64,000 nt of DNA, taken from Candidatus Zhuqueibacterota bacterium. GTDB taxonomy: Bacteria; Zhuqueibacterota; Zhuqueibacteria; Thermofontimicrobiales; Thermofontimicrobiaceae. The notes beneath the pieces were generated by a model. It was not told the DNA's origin. It was given only the letters and a program-made list of their open reading frames with translations, and ran no database searches. How positions within the stretch are numbered: position 1 is the first letter of the stretch; each line of letters opens with the position of its first letter. The position numbers and the translations under genes are program-made. The stretch covers positions 171,629 to 235,628 of the forward strand of contig JBMOPW010000035.1 of the NCBI GenBank assembly GCA_049322915.1. Direction: 5' to 3'. This document shows, one piece after another, positions 50,301-58,788 of this stretch.

Positions 50301-50829
50301 TCCAGGCGCCTGGCCAACCGGGATCGACCATGTCCTCCAATTTGTCCGGCCATGAAGCGGGCCAGGTCATGCGGTATTTCGTGCTGGCGTTGAGGTCGGT
50401 CATGGCGACATCCTCGCTATCCGGATTGGCATAACCGGGCAGAGGCATCCAGGTGTACCATTCGCCATTGGGGCCAATTTCACCGCGGCGCGCGGAACCA
50501 CTGCCTTTTTGCGGGCCGTCCGGCGTAATCACAATGGGCAGGCCCTTGACGCCGATGGAATCGATGAATGTCCCCACGATGGTACAGGCGTCGCCGACGT
50601 AAATATGGCCGGTATTCTTCGGCCATTCTCCACCAAAGTCATTGGGGCTGTCTTCTTTTCTTCCAAAAAAGCCGGTGTTGTAAAACGTGGTCTTAATCTG
50701 GTTGCCGGAATGCAGTCCGCTGCGCACCTCCCGTACATCGCCATGCGTTGTAATCTGTCCCAGGGCGAACTCGAGGACGAACAAAGTGCAATATATAGTC
50801 GTCAATGTAATTGTTGACAATTTTCTCAT
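47329..50829 (-). CDS. Large secreted acidic protein with DxxDNDGDG repeats, Fn3-like domain and T9SS-like CTD, module 1
   Basis: Paralog of 36188-39757 (EWPKNTG, WPDK..DPGW.G.WNGYFGK, PTSGAGT.LPGEP); IKVVPNPY...GKFGVIK. Confidence 0.75.
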   Translation of the reverse strand: MRKLSTITLTTIYCTLFVLEFALGQITTHGDVREVRSGLHSGNQIKTTFYNTGFFGRKEDSPNDFGGEWPKNTGHIYVGDACTIVGTFIDSIGVKGLPIVITPDGPQKGSGSARRGEIGPNGEWYTWMPLPGYANPDSEDVAMTDLNASTKYRMTWPASWPDKLEDMVDPGWPGAWNGYFGKDVFNADQESYYVMDDYQDAEYPFYPDSTDTLRRGLGLRATVRGFQWSNALVEDALFWLYDITNIGTTNYDKMVFGMMIGNMMGNTRTNQGDFNDDCADYDLVEDLAFTWDFEPAIGQGGWGPVGVLGYAFLESPGNPYDGIDNDGDGGAFGGPTISEDMFDAKIISVGDQVVLIDYDSYERTVTTMPEQGVTYTYNGKVVTVNPGQTVREIAHDNIDNNLNGIIDESNGATIGTAPDTTHVYLYVDLPYKDYIAGGGMGNPLIDERRDDEIDNDNDWDILADDVGLDGKAGTGDTGEGDGMPTSGAGTNLPGEPRVDKTDIDETDMIGLTSFYFFKPFDAVPLHDDVKIWRYMKPGYLNASIENADADFQFGSGYFPMKVGQTERFSIAMIFGDGPRYDANSDLYRNKEWVSKAYNENYNFAQAPYTPTLVAVPGNNRVTLYWDDLAEESFDPITGYDFEGYRLYRSTDTQFRDMVEITDAFGSETFMEPIVQYDLNNEYDGFIYTHTNVDNSTTDYQVVPVKGVQFYLGSNTGLKHSFVDTNVKNGYTYYYALTAYDHGDPKPDKQIPPTECGIQISVDASGGIDRSRNVQIVRPEAPAAGFVAADLDTISAVSQLKPSGEFTYHIIDPAQIKENHRYRVTFEDSIKVGSLAEGDTLSTKCWTLADVTMEEEGQIDTLIDRSRRLSIYDEQPIIDGFQLFVNNARFIEIDRTKSSWSRDSLFTIGFKVFKYGFITGTMLPSDYRVIFDEVGTDTSTYLKVRTVQLQPKPVNFKIYNLSSEKYIDFAFWETHGNDGVFSSDYNNQDLIILMEKNENDSLIVTWEFKTVFDERLNAPAAGDTATIILKKPFLSSMVLEFTSLKESIDDNLVAAQMEDIKVVPNPYIVTNSWEPLNPYSSGHGPRHLHFIHLPPQCTIKIFNVRGQLVDVIEHNSITSGDHMNIWNGTEIWDMLTKDELDIAYGVYVYHVDAGKHGQKIGKFGVIK

Positions 50830-50883
50830 ACTTCTTCCTCAAATTTATTGATTCCAATTTCGGTTGACAATTGATCGTTACGG

Positions 50884-53697
50884 TTAGAAATTCACTGCGA
50901 CGCCGAACTGAATCTGTCTCGGCTCGGTATACCATTCCGGGTGAGAGAAGTATTCTTCCAGCGTCCCCACTCGATTGGGATCCTCAAAAATGCCGACTGA
51001 ATCCAGTGTGTATTCCGGCGATCCGGTATCGGTGTACACCCATGTCGCATTGCGCATATCGAATAAATTGTAGACATTGGCGAACACGGAAAAATTCAAT
51101 CCTGAAATTTTCAGATTATAATTCACATACATATCGAATGAATACTGGTCCGGCAGGCGATCGCTGTTCTCGCGCAGTTCGTTGTAAGTCCCGCCGCCGG
51201 TGACGGTTCCTTTGGGGAATCGGGGCGTGTAGGGCAAACCGCTCCAATAACGTCCCAGGAAGGAAACGCGCCAGCCAGCCGTGCCAATGCTCACGGTGCC
51301 GTTCAAGGTGTGGCGACGATCCCAGCTCAGCGGAATGAGCTGTCGCCGCGGTTCCTGTTTTCCCTGTTCTGCATTGTACGCATCAGTGGGATTGGAGTAG
51401 CTGCCTTCGGTGATCATGAAGGAATAATCCACCGAGGCTGAAAAATAATTGGAGTAGCGCTTGTTCAACGCCAGTGTGAATCCGCGCACATTGGAATAAT
51501 CTTTATTTTCGAATTTCGAATATTTGACAGTGCCATAGGTTGAAATCAGCGGACTCGTTCCAACCCAGTCGCGGACGTCGCGGTAGAACATGGTGATGTC
51601 AATACCGACGTTCTCGGTCACCTGCTGCTGCAAGCCAATTTCGTACATCACCGTTTTCTGAGGTTTCAAATCCGAATTGCCAATCACGCTGGCGCCCTCA
51701 GCCTCGGTCACTTTGAAATCCGGGCTTGAGTACAGAAAATCGAACAGCGGTATCTGGAAAAAGTGACCATAGGAAAAATGAATCACACCGCGCTCGGTGA
51801 TGGGATAGGCGATGCCCAGCCGCGGGCTGAATTTGGATTTTGCCGAAGCGTCTTTATACCAGAAACTGCGACGTTCTTCCAGAGGAATGATATTCGACGG
51901 ATTATCGAGCTGGTCTTCGGGCAAATCCGGATTCACATAATAATGCTCTTCAAGAAGCGGAACATAGACATTGGGATCCATCGGATCGGCAAGCACCTGG
52001 CCGTCCGGGTCGAAATAATCGAAGCGCAGGCCGATGTTCACGATCATATCTTTCAATTCAATTTTATCCTGCACGTAAGCGGCAATTTCAACCGGCTTGT
52101 GATTGTAGAGATTGTGATAAGGCGTAGTAATCGATGGAACATAGGGTTCGAACGGGATGATCTCCGTATTGCCTTCCCGTTTCGGTTGAATATTGTACCA
52201 TTCCAGATTCAAATCGTGCTGGCGGAACTCCACGCCGGTTTTTATCTGATGTTCCCGATTCACCTGACTCACCAGATCGAATTTGCCAATCAGATACGAC
52301 GTGCTTCTGAAAAAATGATCCATCTTTGTACCGGCGTGATTGAAGCTGTACGACACCGGGTTGCGCAACGAATCAGGATGAACATACCCGGGCGGGCTGT
52401 CCGGATCTATGATATATCTTGTGCCGGTCGTATCTGTCGGATCGATAATATAGTCCACAGACTGAAGTGGATTTTCATATACATATTGTTCGTAATCAGT
52501 GTAGAATTTGGTGAATTTCAATTCATAAAAAGTCTTTGGCGAGAGAACATGGTTGAGGGTAACGATGTGCGTGTTGCCGGATTCGAATTTTTGATAATCG
52601 CCATCCGGAACGTATTTGAAACCGCTGTCGTAGGATCGAAATTCATTGGAATTCCAGAAAACGCCATAGCTCAATTTTATCATCGGCGACAGGCTGTACG
52701 ACAATTTTCCCTGGGTGCTTATCTTCTGAAACGGATTCAGGGCCACCCATTCATTTGTCGAAGCGTAGCCTGATGGAGCGAATTGCTTTCGGCCATAGAA
52801 CCAGCCTTCATTATCGAAATAGCGCACCATAGAGAAGAAATTCAGCTTGTTGTTGAAAAATGGCACCGGGCCGCTCAACGTCCCCTGGATATTGTACAGA
52901 GACAACGGATTGATTTTATCGATCCGGCTGAACAATTCGGAATCGTCACTGACATAGTCCCCCATGTAAAATCGCGCTTCACCAGTGTAGTCCGAACCGC
53001 CCTCTTTGGTCACGATATTGATGATGCCGGACATGGCCTGGCCGTATTCTGCGTTGAATGTGCCGCTCACCACCTGCAATTCCTGAATGGACGCGTTTTC
53101 CACTTCAACGCCCATATCGCCGGAATAAACATCCGTTGCGGCGATGCCATCGATCCAGAACGCGACTTCGCCGGAGCGCCCGCCGCGCACATGCAAGCCG
53201 CCCAACGGGTCCTTCACCAGACCGGCCTGCAATTCCAGCACATCGCCCATTTCCTGCACCGGTAAATTTTGAATTTCCTCAGCTCCTACAGCGGACAGCG
53301 AGGATGTCATATCCGGCTGGATAATTTCGCGCTCCGCCACAATCGTCACTTCCTCCCCCAGATCCATCACCTGGGTCTGAATTTCGAAATTAATGGTTGT
53401 CGTCAAATCGATGGAGACGCGGACATTCTCAATGCGCCTGGGCTGATAGCCCATCATCGACACTCTGAGCGTGTAAATGCCAGGCGGCACATTCATCACG
53501 ATATAATGCCCGTCAACATCCGTTGCCGCGCCCATCATGGTTCCATCGAGAATGATGTTGGCGCCGGGGAGTGTCATACCACTTTCAGCGTCTTTCACCA
53601 CGCCGGAAATCTTGCCGGTGGTGCCGGCATTCAAGGAACCCAAAAAACCAAAAGCAAGACACAAGACCATTGCTATTGATTTTACAAAGAATCTCAT
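50884..53697 (-). CDS. TonB-dependent receptor, module 1
   Basis: Same architecture as 39782-42544; SGTFNAEYGQAMSGIINIVTKEGG; terminal Phe; ATG after AAGGGG. Confidence 0.92.
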   Translation of the reverse strand: MRFFVKSIAMVLCLAFGFLGSLNAGTTGKISGVVKDAESGMTLPGANIILDGTMMGAATDVDGHYIVMNVPPGIYTLRVSMMGYQPRRIENVRVSIDLTTTINFEIQTQVMDLGEEVTIVAEREIIQPDMTSSLSAVGAEEIQNLPVQEMGDVLELQAGLVKDPLGGLHVRGGRSGEVAFWIDGIAATDVYSGDMGVEVENASIQELQVVSGTFNAEYGQAMSGIINIVTKEGGSDYTGEARFYMGDYVSDDSELFSRIDKINPLSLYNIQGTLSGPVPFFNNKLNFFSMVRYFDNEGWFYGRKQFAPSGYASTNEWVALNPFQKISTQGKLSYSLSPMIKLSYGVFWNSNEFRSYDSGFKYVPDGDYQKFESGNTHIVTLNHVLSPKTFYELKFTKFYTDYEQYVYENPLQSVDYIIDPTDTTGTRYIIDPDSPPGYVHPDSLRNPVSYSFNHAGTKMDHFFRSTSYLIGKFDLVSQVNREHQIKTGVEFRQHDLNLEWYNIQPKREGNTEIIPFEPYVPSITTPYHNLYNHKPVEIAAYVQDKIELKDMIVNIGLRFDYFDPDGQVLADPMDPNVYVPLLEEHYYVNPDLPEDQLDNPSNIIPLEERRSFWYKDASAKSKFSPRLGIAYPITERGVIHFSYGHFFQIPLFDFLYSSPDFKVTEAEGASVIGNSDLKPQKTVMYEIGLQQQVTENVGIDITMFYRDVRDWVGTSPLISTYGTVKYSKFENKDYSNVRGFTLALNKRYSNYFSASVDYSFMITEGSYSNPTDAYNAEQGKQEPRRQLIPLSWDRRHTLNGTVSIGTAGWRVSFLGRYWSGLPYTPRFPKGTVTGGGTYNELRENSDRLPDQYSFDMYVNYNLKISGLNFSVFANVYNLFDMRNATWVYTDTGSPEYTLDSVGIFEDPNRVGTLEEYFSHPEWYTEPRQIQFGVAVNF

Positions 53698-54000
53698 ACG
53701 CATTCCCCTTCTTAAAAAATCAACCACGTGTAAATGGATTAAGTGATTCGGCGACACTATGAATAACCAGTTGAAATTTCAGCACCTGTATTATTATTGG
53801 CCATACGCGTTATGGCCCGTCGCGACCGTCCACGACCGACTTTCACCAACGGAGAAAATGAATCGAAATCAGAATTCACCCGGCAGTTGTCCAATAGGCG
53901 AGCGCCCTGTTGGACCACCTGTCACTTTATCACAGAAGCAGCGCATGCAGCCGGATTGCCCGGCTATCTTTCGCCACTTCTGACCAGACGCCGGGTCATT

Positions 54001-55104
54001 CTAAGAATGAAACACAGGCGCCGGAAGTGGCTCTTCCCCTTTCTTTCCCTTCGAACTCTCTTTCCTCGTTGAAACGGATCCGCAGGTATCGCGGATGATG
54101 AGCTGGGTGTGAAAGAGCTTTTTAATGATCTTTTCAGAACTTTCAGGATTCTGGATTTTCTCGATGAGCCGATCCACAGCGAGCATCCCCATTTCAAACA
54201 TGGGCTGTTTCATCGTCGTCAAGCCCAGGTACTCCGATAGCTCGATCCCGTCGAAGCCAACAATAGCAATATCGTCCGGGATTTGCAAGCCACGCTCGCG
54301 TACAGCCTTCACTGCGCCGGCGGCCTGAATATCGCTGGAGATGAAAACCGCCGTCGGCCTGTTCTCTTTCAGATTCAGCAATTGCAGCATGGCTTCGTAG
54401 CCGGCGACCTTATTGAAGCCATGATTGTGATTCAGTTCTTTATTATCGGTTTGAAGCACTGTTATCACGCGCTCGTGAACGAATGGAATGTTGTTCTCCG
54501 CCAGCGCCGATTTGAATCCATCCAACCGAATTTTAGCCGGTACGCTATTCAAATTACCGTTGATCATGCCAATTCGGGTATGCCCCAGATCGATGAGATG
54601 CCGCGTGGCAATGAAGGCACCTTCGCGGTTTTCAATGGCAATGGAGTCCACTCTTTCGTGGAAGCTATCGACTAACACGATGGGAAATTTGGATTGAGTG
54701 AATTTTTTCACGTAGTCTTCAGAAATAGGCATGGAGACGAGCAAGACGCCATCGACTTTCCGCTCGCGCAGGGTCCGTTTCAGCACATCTGTTTCTTTTT
54801 CCATCTGCACGACGCTGTATAAAATCAGATCGAAACCATGACGATTCAGCGCCTGTTGAATACCATTAATTAATTCCAAATAAAAATAGCCGGTAAAGGA
54901 TGGGACGATGCAGGCCAAGCTGTTGGTGCGTTTGCGCGCCAATCCCTGCGCCATGGCATGGGGTTGATACTTCAGGTCTTTGATTACTTTGAGAACCTTT
55001 TCACGGGTTTTGGGAGAGATTTGAGGACTGTTATTGAGGACGCGAGATACGGTTCCAATTCCGACTCCCGCTCTCCTGGCGACATCATAAATTGTTACCG
55101 GCAT
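54001..55104 (-). CDS. LacI family transcriptional regulator
   Basis: TIYDVARRAGVGIGTVSRVLN HTH, YQP..MAQGL hinge, IPDDIAIVGFD, LTTM.QP. Confidence 0.97.
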   Translation of the reverse strand: MPVTIYDVARRAGVGIGTVSRVLNNSPQISPKTREKVLKVIKDLKYQPHAMAQGLARKRTNSLACIVPSFTGYFYLELINGIQQALNRHGFDLILYSVVQMEKETDVLKRTLRERKVDGVLLVSMPISEDYVKKFTQSKFPIVLVDSFHERVDSIAIENREGAFIATRHLIDLGHTRIGMINGNLNSVPAKIRLDGFKSALAENNIPFVHERVITVLQTDNKELNHNHGFNKVAGYEAMLQLLNLKENRPTAVFISSDIQAAGAVKAVRERGLQIPDDIAIVGFDGIELSEYLGLTTMKQPMFEMGMLAVDRLIEKIQNPESSEKIIKKLFHTQLIIRDTCGSVSTRKESSKGKKGEEPLPAPVFHS

Positions 55105-55123
55105 TTAAGTTATTCCCAATCTA

Positions 55124-55137
55124 TGGAAGCCCTTCCA
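55124..55137. promoter_or_regulatory. LacI-type operator palindrome
   Basis: TGGAAG-CC-CTTCCA between the promoter and the lacI start. Confidence 0.75.
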
Positions 55138-55149
55138 ATTTTTGTTCTT

Positions 55150-55178
55150 AGTATACAAATTTTTTTTCTATTTGTCAA
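55150..55178 (-). promoter_or_regulatory. Near-consensus sigma70 promoter heading the locus
   Basis: Minus strand TTGACA-N17-TATACT. Confidence 0.8.
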
Positions 55179-55361
55179 GTCTTTTTTCAATTTATGTATG
55201 AGAAAAGTTAAGCACTTGACGATTAGAAAATATGGTGAGGGAAAAGGGAGATAAAACTGTGGATGGTTCAACCGAAACGAAGGGAGAAAGGGATTTGCAC
55301 TGTTTTGTGAAATGCCAGGTCATCTCTATTGCACCGCGGGCTGGAGCCGATGCCGGCGGAC

Positions 55362-56312
55362 TCAATCATCCAGAAGGGACAGAAAATGAAACAGCGCATG
55401 AAAATGGTCGACGTGGTCGGGCGCAGTATTGCCGGCGAACGCTGCAACCTGAAAACGGTTGAGAATCGTCTCGCTCACCTGCTGCATCCCCAGCGGCCCC
55501 CATGTTAACAGCGGCGTTCGTTTCAACTGCAAGGCGTCGATCAGATAGTCGGCGGTCTCGGTCGTGCTGGCATAGGTGCCGGGAAAAATCTCGGAGTGGG
55601 TCACAATGAACCGCTTCGCGCCCTCTGCTGCCAACTGCGCGAATTTCACAAAATGATCGAGTTTGGCGGTATTCAGTGATCCGCCATCTGCAAGGGGAGT
55701 CCTGTCCGGGATGTAATCGGTGTGCAATCCGTCCAGGAGAACGATGCCATCGATTCGCGCCACGTTCTCCGGGCGACGGATAATGGCCCGCACTGCGCCA
55801 CAGCCGGCGCTGAATGAACTGAGGTTGATTTTTTCTAAATTGCGGAATGAAGTCAGCTCGTTTCTCAGGCTGGCTTCGACCGAGGCGATCAATTCATCAA
55901 AAGCCTTTTCGGATGAAAACGGGATTTCATAGGCCGAAGAACCTGAGCCCAGATTCATGTTGGCCAAAACAAAGGGGTGATTTTGCTGCGACACAGCATG
56001 CCGGGCCACGTAACTTGCGCCATGAAAATGCACCAGCAAGCGTAGCTGGGGCTCAGCGATCCATTTCTCCGGGATGAAAATTTCAATGGTTTTTCCGGCA
56101 AAGGCAGGCAATGAAATGGAACGCCCGGGATTGTTTTGGTTCGGAATACGTTCATGCTGGCGAATGCGCTCCGTCATCGGAGATGGATACTGGGGAAGCA
56201 TCGGAGGTTTCGGGCGCAGGGACGCGCAATTGACGGTGAGAAGGGCGCCTGCCACGATCGGACAGAGGAAATAACTGAACTTCTTGTTCATACCCACACG
56301 ATTTTTCGGCAT
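55362..56312 (-). CDS. Hypothetical exported alpha/beta-hydrolase-fold protein
   Basis: LLVHFHG, SFSAG elbow, LLDGLH, C-terminal DH..H; signal peptide with Cys. Confidence 0.6.
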   Translation of the reverse strand: MPKNRVGMNKKFSYFLCPIVAGALLTVNCASLRPKPPMLPQYPSPMTERIRQHERIPNQNNPGRSISLPAFAGKTIEIFIPEKWIAEPQLRLLVHFHGASYVARHAVSQQNHPFVLANMNLGSGSSAYEIPFSSEKAFDELIASVEASLRNELTSFRNLEKINLSSFSAGCGAVRAIIRRPENVARIDGIVLLDGLHTDYIPDRTPLADGGSLNTAKLDHFVKFAQLAAEGAKRFIVTHSEIFPGTYASTTETADYLIDALQLKRTPLLTWGPLGMQQVSETILNRFQVAAFAGNTAPDHVDHFHALFHFLSLLDD

Positions 56313-56371
56313 ATTTTTTTTCTATCCAACAGCTATCATGTGCAGGAGCGATTCCACGCGCAGCGCCTGCA

Positions 56372-58129
56372 TCACTTTGGGAATCCAATCATTTCCACAT
56401 TCTTGTCACCGGACAATTCCAGCGACCGCAATAATTTTTCATTGATCCAAATCGGGAATTTCTCACGCATGGGCTGCACAATGCCATCGGTGGCGACCCG
56501 AATTTTGTCATTCCAGATGTCCTGTCGCACTTGCGATTGGACGTGCTCGAATGCGATGCGCTGCGGCAGCACTTTTTCCACGAGTTGAAAAATGCGATAT
56601 TGTCCACCGAACGCGATGGGCGCGGTGAATTGTCCCACATTCACTTTTTCGATATGATGAACCAGATCCGGATTTTCGATGCGGCTGATGGCGCCCAATT
56701 CTCCGCCGTTCCGGGCAGACTGTTCGCGAATGGAGTGCTGCTGAACCAGCGAACTAAAATCCGCGCCAGTCAACAGTTTTTGATAAATTTTCTGAGCCTC
56801 GTCCAGCCCGGCGACCACAATTTCTTTGATCCGGTATTTTGCCGGGGAGGAATATTTTTCAGCGAATTGATGATACTGACTCACCAGTTCGTCATCAGAA
56901 ATGCGGATGGATTCCACAAGGTCGAGCCGGACTAAATTGGCCAGCAGTTTCGCTTTCTCCTGCGCAAGCTGCCCGGCTGCCCAGGGCTGTTCTTCCAGAC
57001 CCAATCGCCGGGCTTCCTCAGCTAAAAAGTCATTGCGCACCATGACAGCCAGTTCTTCTGCGAAACTCAAATGACTCGCTAAATCGGGCCGGTCCTGAGG
57101 CAGCGTCTCCGCCATCTTCTCAAAGAATTGCTGGATAGTCCAACTGCCGCCCTCAAATTCAACGAGCACATCCTGGCTGTGATTTTCAATTTCGTGCTGA
57201 ACCGAACGTACTTCTTCATCGCTGATCAGCGGCAATTCCGAAGGCAACCGGGAGTCGGTCGCTTTCTTGATCCGCCGCGCCGCCCGCACTAAAAAATTAA
57301 TGGCCTCCGCCTTTGCCACGACCTGTTTGGGCGTCATGAATTCCTTGACATAGTCCCGGGCCAATGCCTCCTGTTTTCTTTTCACCACAATCCGTTCAAG
57401 AGACTGCCGGCGCTGTTGAAATTCATTTTCAGTGACAATGGGCGAACTGATTCGATCTTCCACTTGGATGAGATGGAATCCCCATTTTGTAGCGACCGGC
57501 CGGGATATCTCTCCCACAGCCAATTGATACGCTGCTTCTTCGAACGCCTCATCCATGTCGCCAAATGAAAAATAGCCAATATCGCCGCCGTTCCTGGCCA
57601 GCGTTGAATCGCGGAATAAATCTTTACTCAACTGCTGAAATGTGGCGCCCTGGTGCAATAACTTCAGGAGAGAATCGGCCTGCTGTCTGGTTTTAACGAA
57701 CAAATGCCGCGCCCGTATTTTTGCTCTGGATTTGAGGAAGGCATCCCGCAGGTCAGCTTCGGTCACTGCGGCGTTTTGCGCCACCCGGGTTCTGTAGAGC
57801 TGCTGCACGAGGATAGTTTTGGAGACGGCGCGAATCTGGTTGATGATGCGCGGATCGCTGTCGTAGTGATGCTGGAGCCCGTATTCAGCCAACAGGTAAT
57901 TTTCAATCATCTTGTCCAGGTGAATGCGCCGGGTTTCGCTGGTTCGCGAGACAATGCCCGGTCTGGGGCTCAGTTCATAATCTTCGATAAATTCATCCAC
58001 TGAAATACGATGCTCACCGACCGTCGCCAGAGTGTTTTTCTCAGATGATCGCTGGCAGGCAAGCATCAGGAGCATCGCCATAACTGTGCACGCAGCCAGT
58101 CGCTGCATGATACCGAATGTGAGGTGCAT
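56372..58129 (-). CDS. Parvulin-type peptidyl-prolyl isomerase lipoprotein (paralog of 42563-44308)
   Basis: MLAC lipobox, ARHL, DSTLARNGGDIGY, FEEAAY.L.VGEISRPVATKWGFHLI, second GGELG domain. Confidence 0.88.
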   Translation of the reverse strand: MHLTFGIMQRLAACTVMAMLLMLACQRSSEKNTLATVGEHRISVDEFIEDYELSPRPGIVSRTSETRRIHLDKMIENYLLAEYGLQHHYDSDPRIINQIRAVSKTILVQQLYRTRVAQNAAVTEADLRDAFLKSRAKIRARHLFVKTRQQADSLLKLLHQGATFQQLSKDLFRDSTLARNGGDIGYFSFGDMDEAFEEAAYQLAVGEISRPVATKWGFHLIQVEDRISSPIVTENEFQQRRQSLERIVVKRKQEALARDYVKEFMTPKQVVAKAEAINFLVRAARRIKKATDSRLPSELPLISDEEVRSVQHEIENHSQDVLVEFEGGSWTIQQFFEKMAETLPQDRPDLASHLSFAEELAVMVRNDFLAEEARRLGLEEQPWAAGQLAQEKAKLLANLVRLDLVESIRISDDELVSQYHQFAEKYSSPAKYRIKEIVVAGLDEAQKIYQKLLTGADFSSLVQQHSIREQSARNGGELGAISRIENPDLVHHIEKVNVGQFTAPIAFGGQYRIFQLVEKVLPQRIAFEHVQSQVRQDIWNDKIRVATDGIVQPMREKFPIWINEKLLRSLELSGDKNVEMIGFPK

Positions 58130-58137
58130 ACGTGTCC

Positions 58138-58788
58138 CTAACGTTTTGAAAGCAGTTCATCTATCCCCTGCTGTACTTCATCGAAACATTGCTGAATCCC
58201 CAGGTTGAGCCCTTTGACGACGTCCAATGGCGTCTTCTTCGCTACCGCATTTTTTCGCTCCAGCATTTTTTGCCAGATGATCGTTTCAGTTTTCATATCG
58301 ATCAGCTCCACGGCGAGCTTCACATGGGCGAACCACTGATCGGCTTCATCCCACTCCTCCAGCGCAAGGATTGTCCCGCTCATGGTGTAATCCACCACCG
58401 AAAACTGCGGCAGTTCCAGAACCGATGCAAACATGCCGGAAGCCGCCAGATGTTCGACCGCCTTATCGGTCACCATGTCCGCCGGATTTGTGACCCAGAC
58501 ATGATAATGATAATATTTCCCCTCGTACGGCGAATCGCGGTAGACGAGGCGCGCTTCATCGTACAACGGATGCACTTTGAAACGGTTGACGCCCAGGACG
58601 ACATCGTGAGTTGTCCCGGCGCCGGAGCTTTTCATCGCCACGGGATAGTCAATCAGATAAAAATGCATGTCCGGCGCGCTCCCGCCGCATTGGTGCAGAA
58701 AGAGCGCCAGCATCACAACCAGAATTTTACCACTGCGCACCACGGTCTTGTTTCCCTGCCCATTGAAATAGGATCGAAGCATTGTCAT
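58138..58788 (-). CDS. ABC-type transport auxiliary lipoprotein (PqiC-like)
   Basis: Lipobox Cys, FYLI, Y....LVYR, YHYHVW..P; follows the MCE gene. Confidence 0.8.
   Translation of the reverse strand: MTMLRSYFNGQGNKTVVRSGKILVVMLALFLHQCGGSAPDMHFYLIDYPVAMKSSGAGTTHDVVLGVNRFKVHPLYDEARLVYRDSPYEGKYYHYHVWVTNPADMVTDKAVEHLAASGMFASVLELPQFSVVDYTMSGTILALEEWDEADQWFAHVKLAVELIDMKTETIIWQKMLERKNAVAKKTPLDVVKGLNLGIQQCFDEVQQGIDELLSKR

Noticed and set aside
48763..52773. 334-aa and 336-aa plus-strand ORFs
   Set aside because: Antisense shadows of module-1 genes
41841..53085. ~85-nt near-identical stretches in the two TBDR genes (~41841-41930 and ~52997-53085) as a DGR template/variable repeat or recombination cassette
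   Set aside because: They encode the conserved plug motif, most differences are at third codon positions rather than adenine-specific, and no reverse transcriptase or recombinase is present
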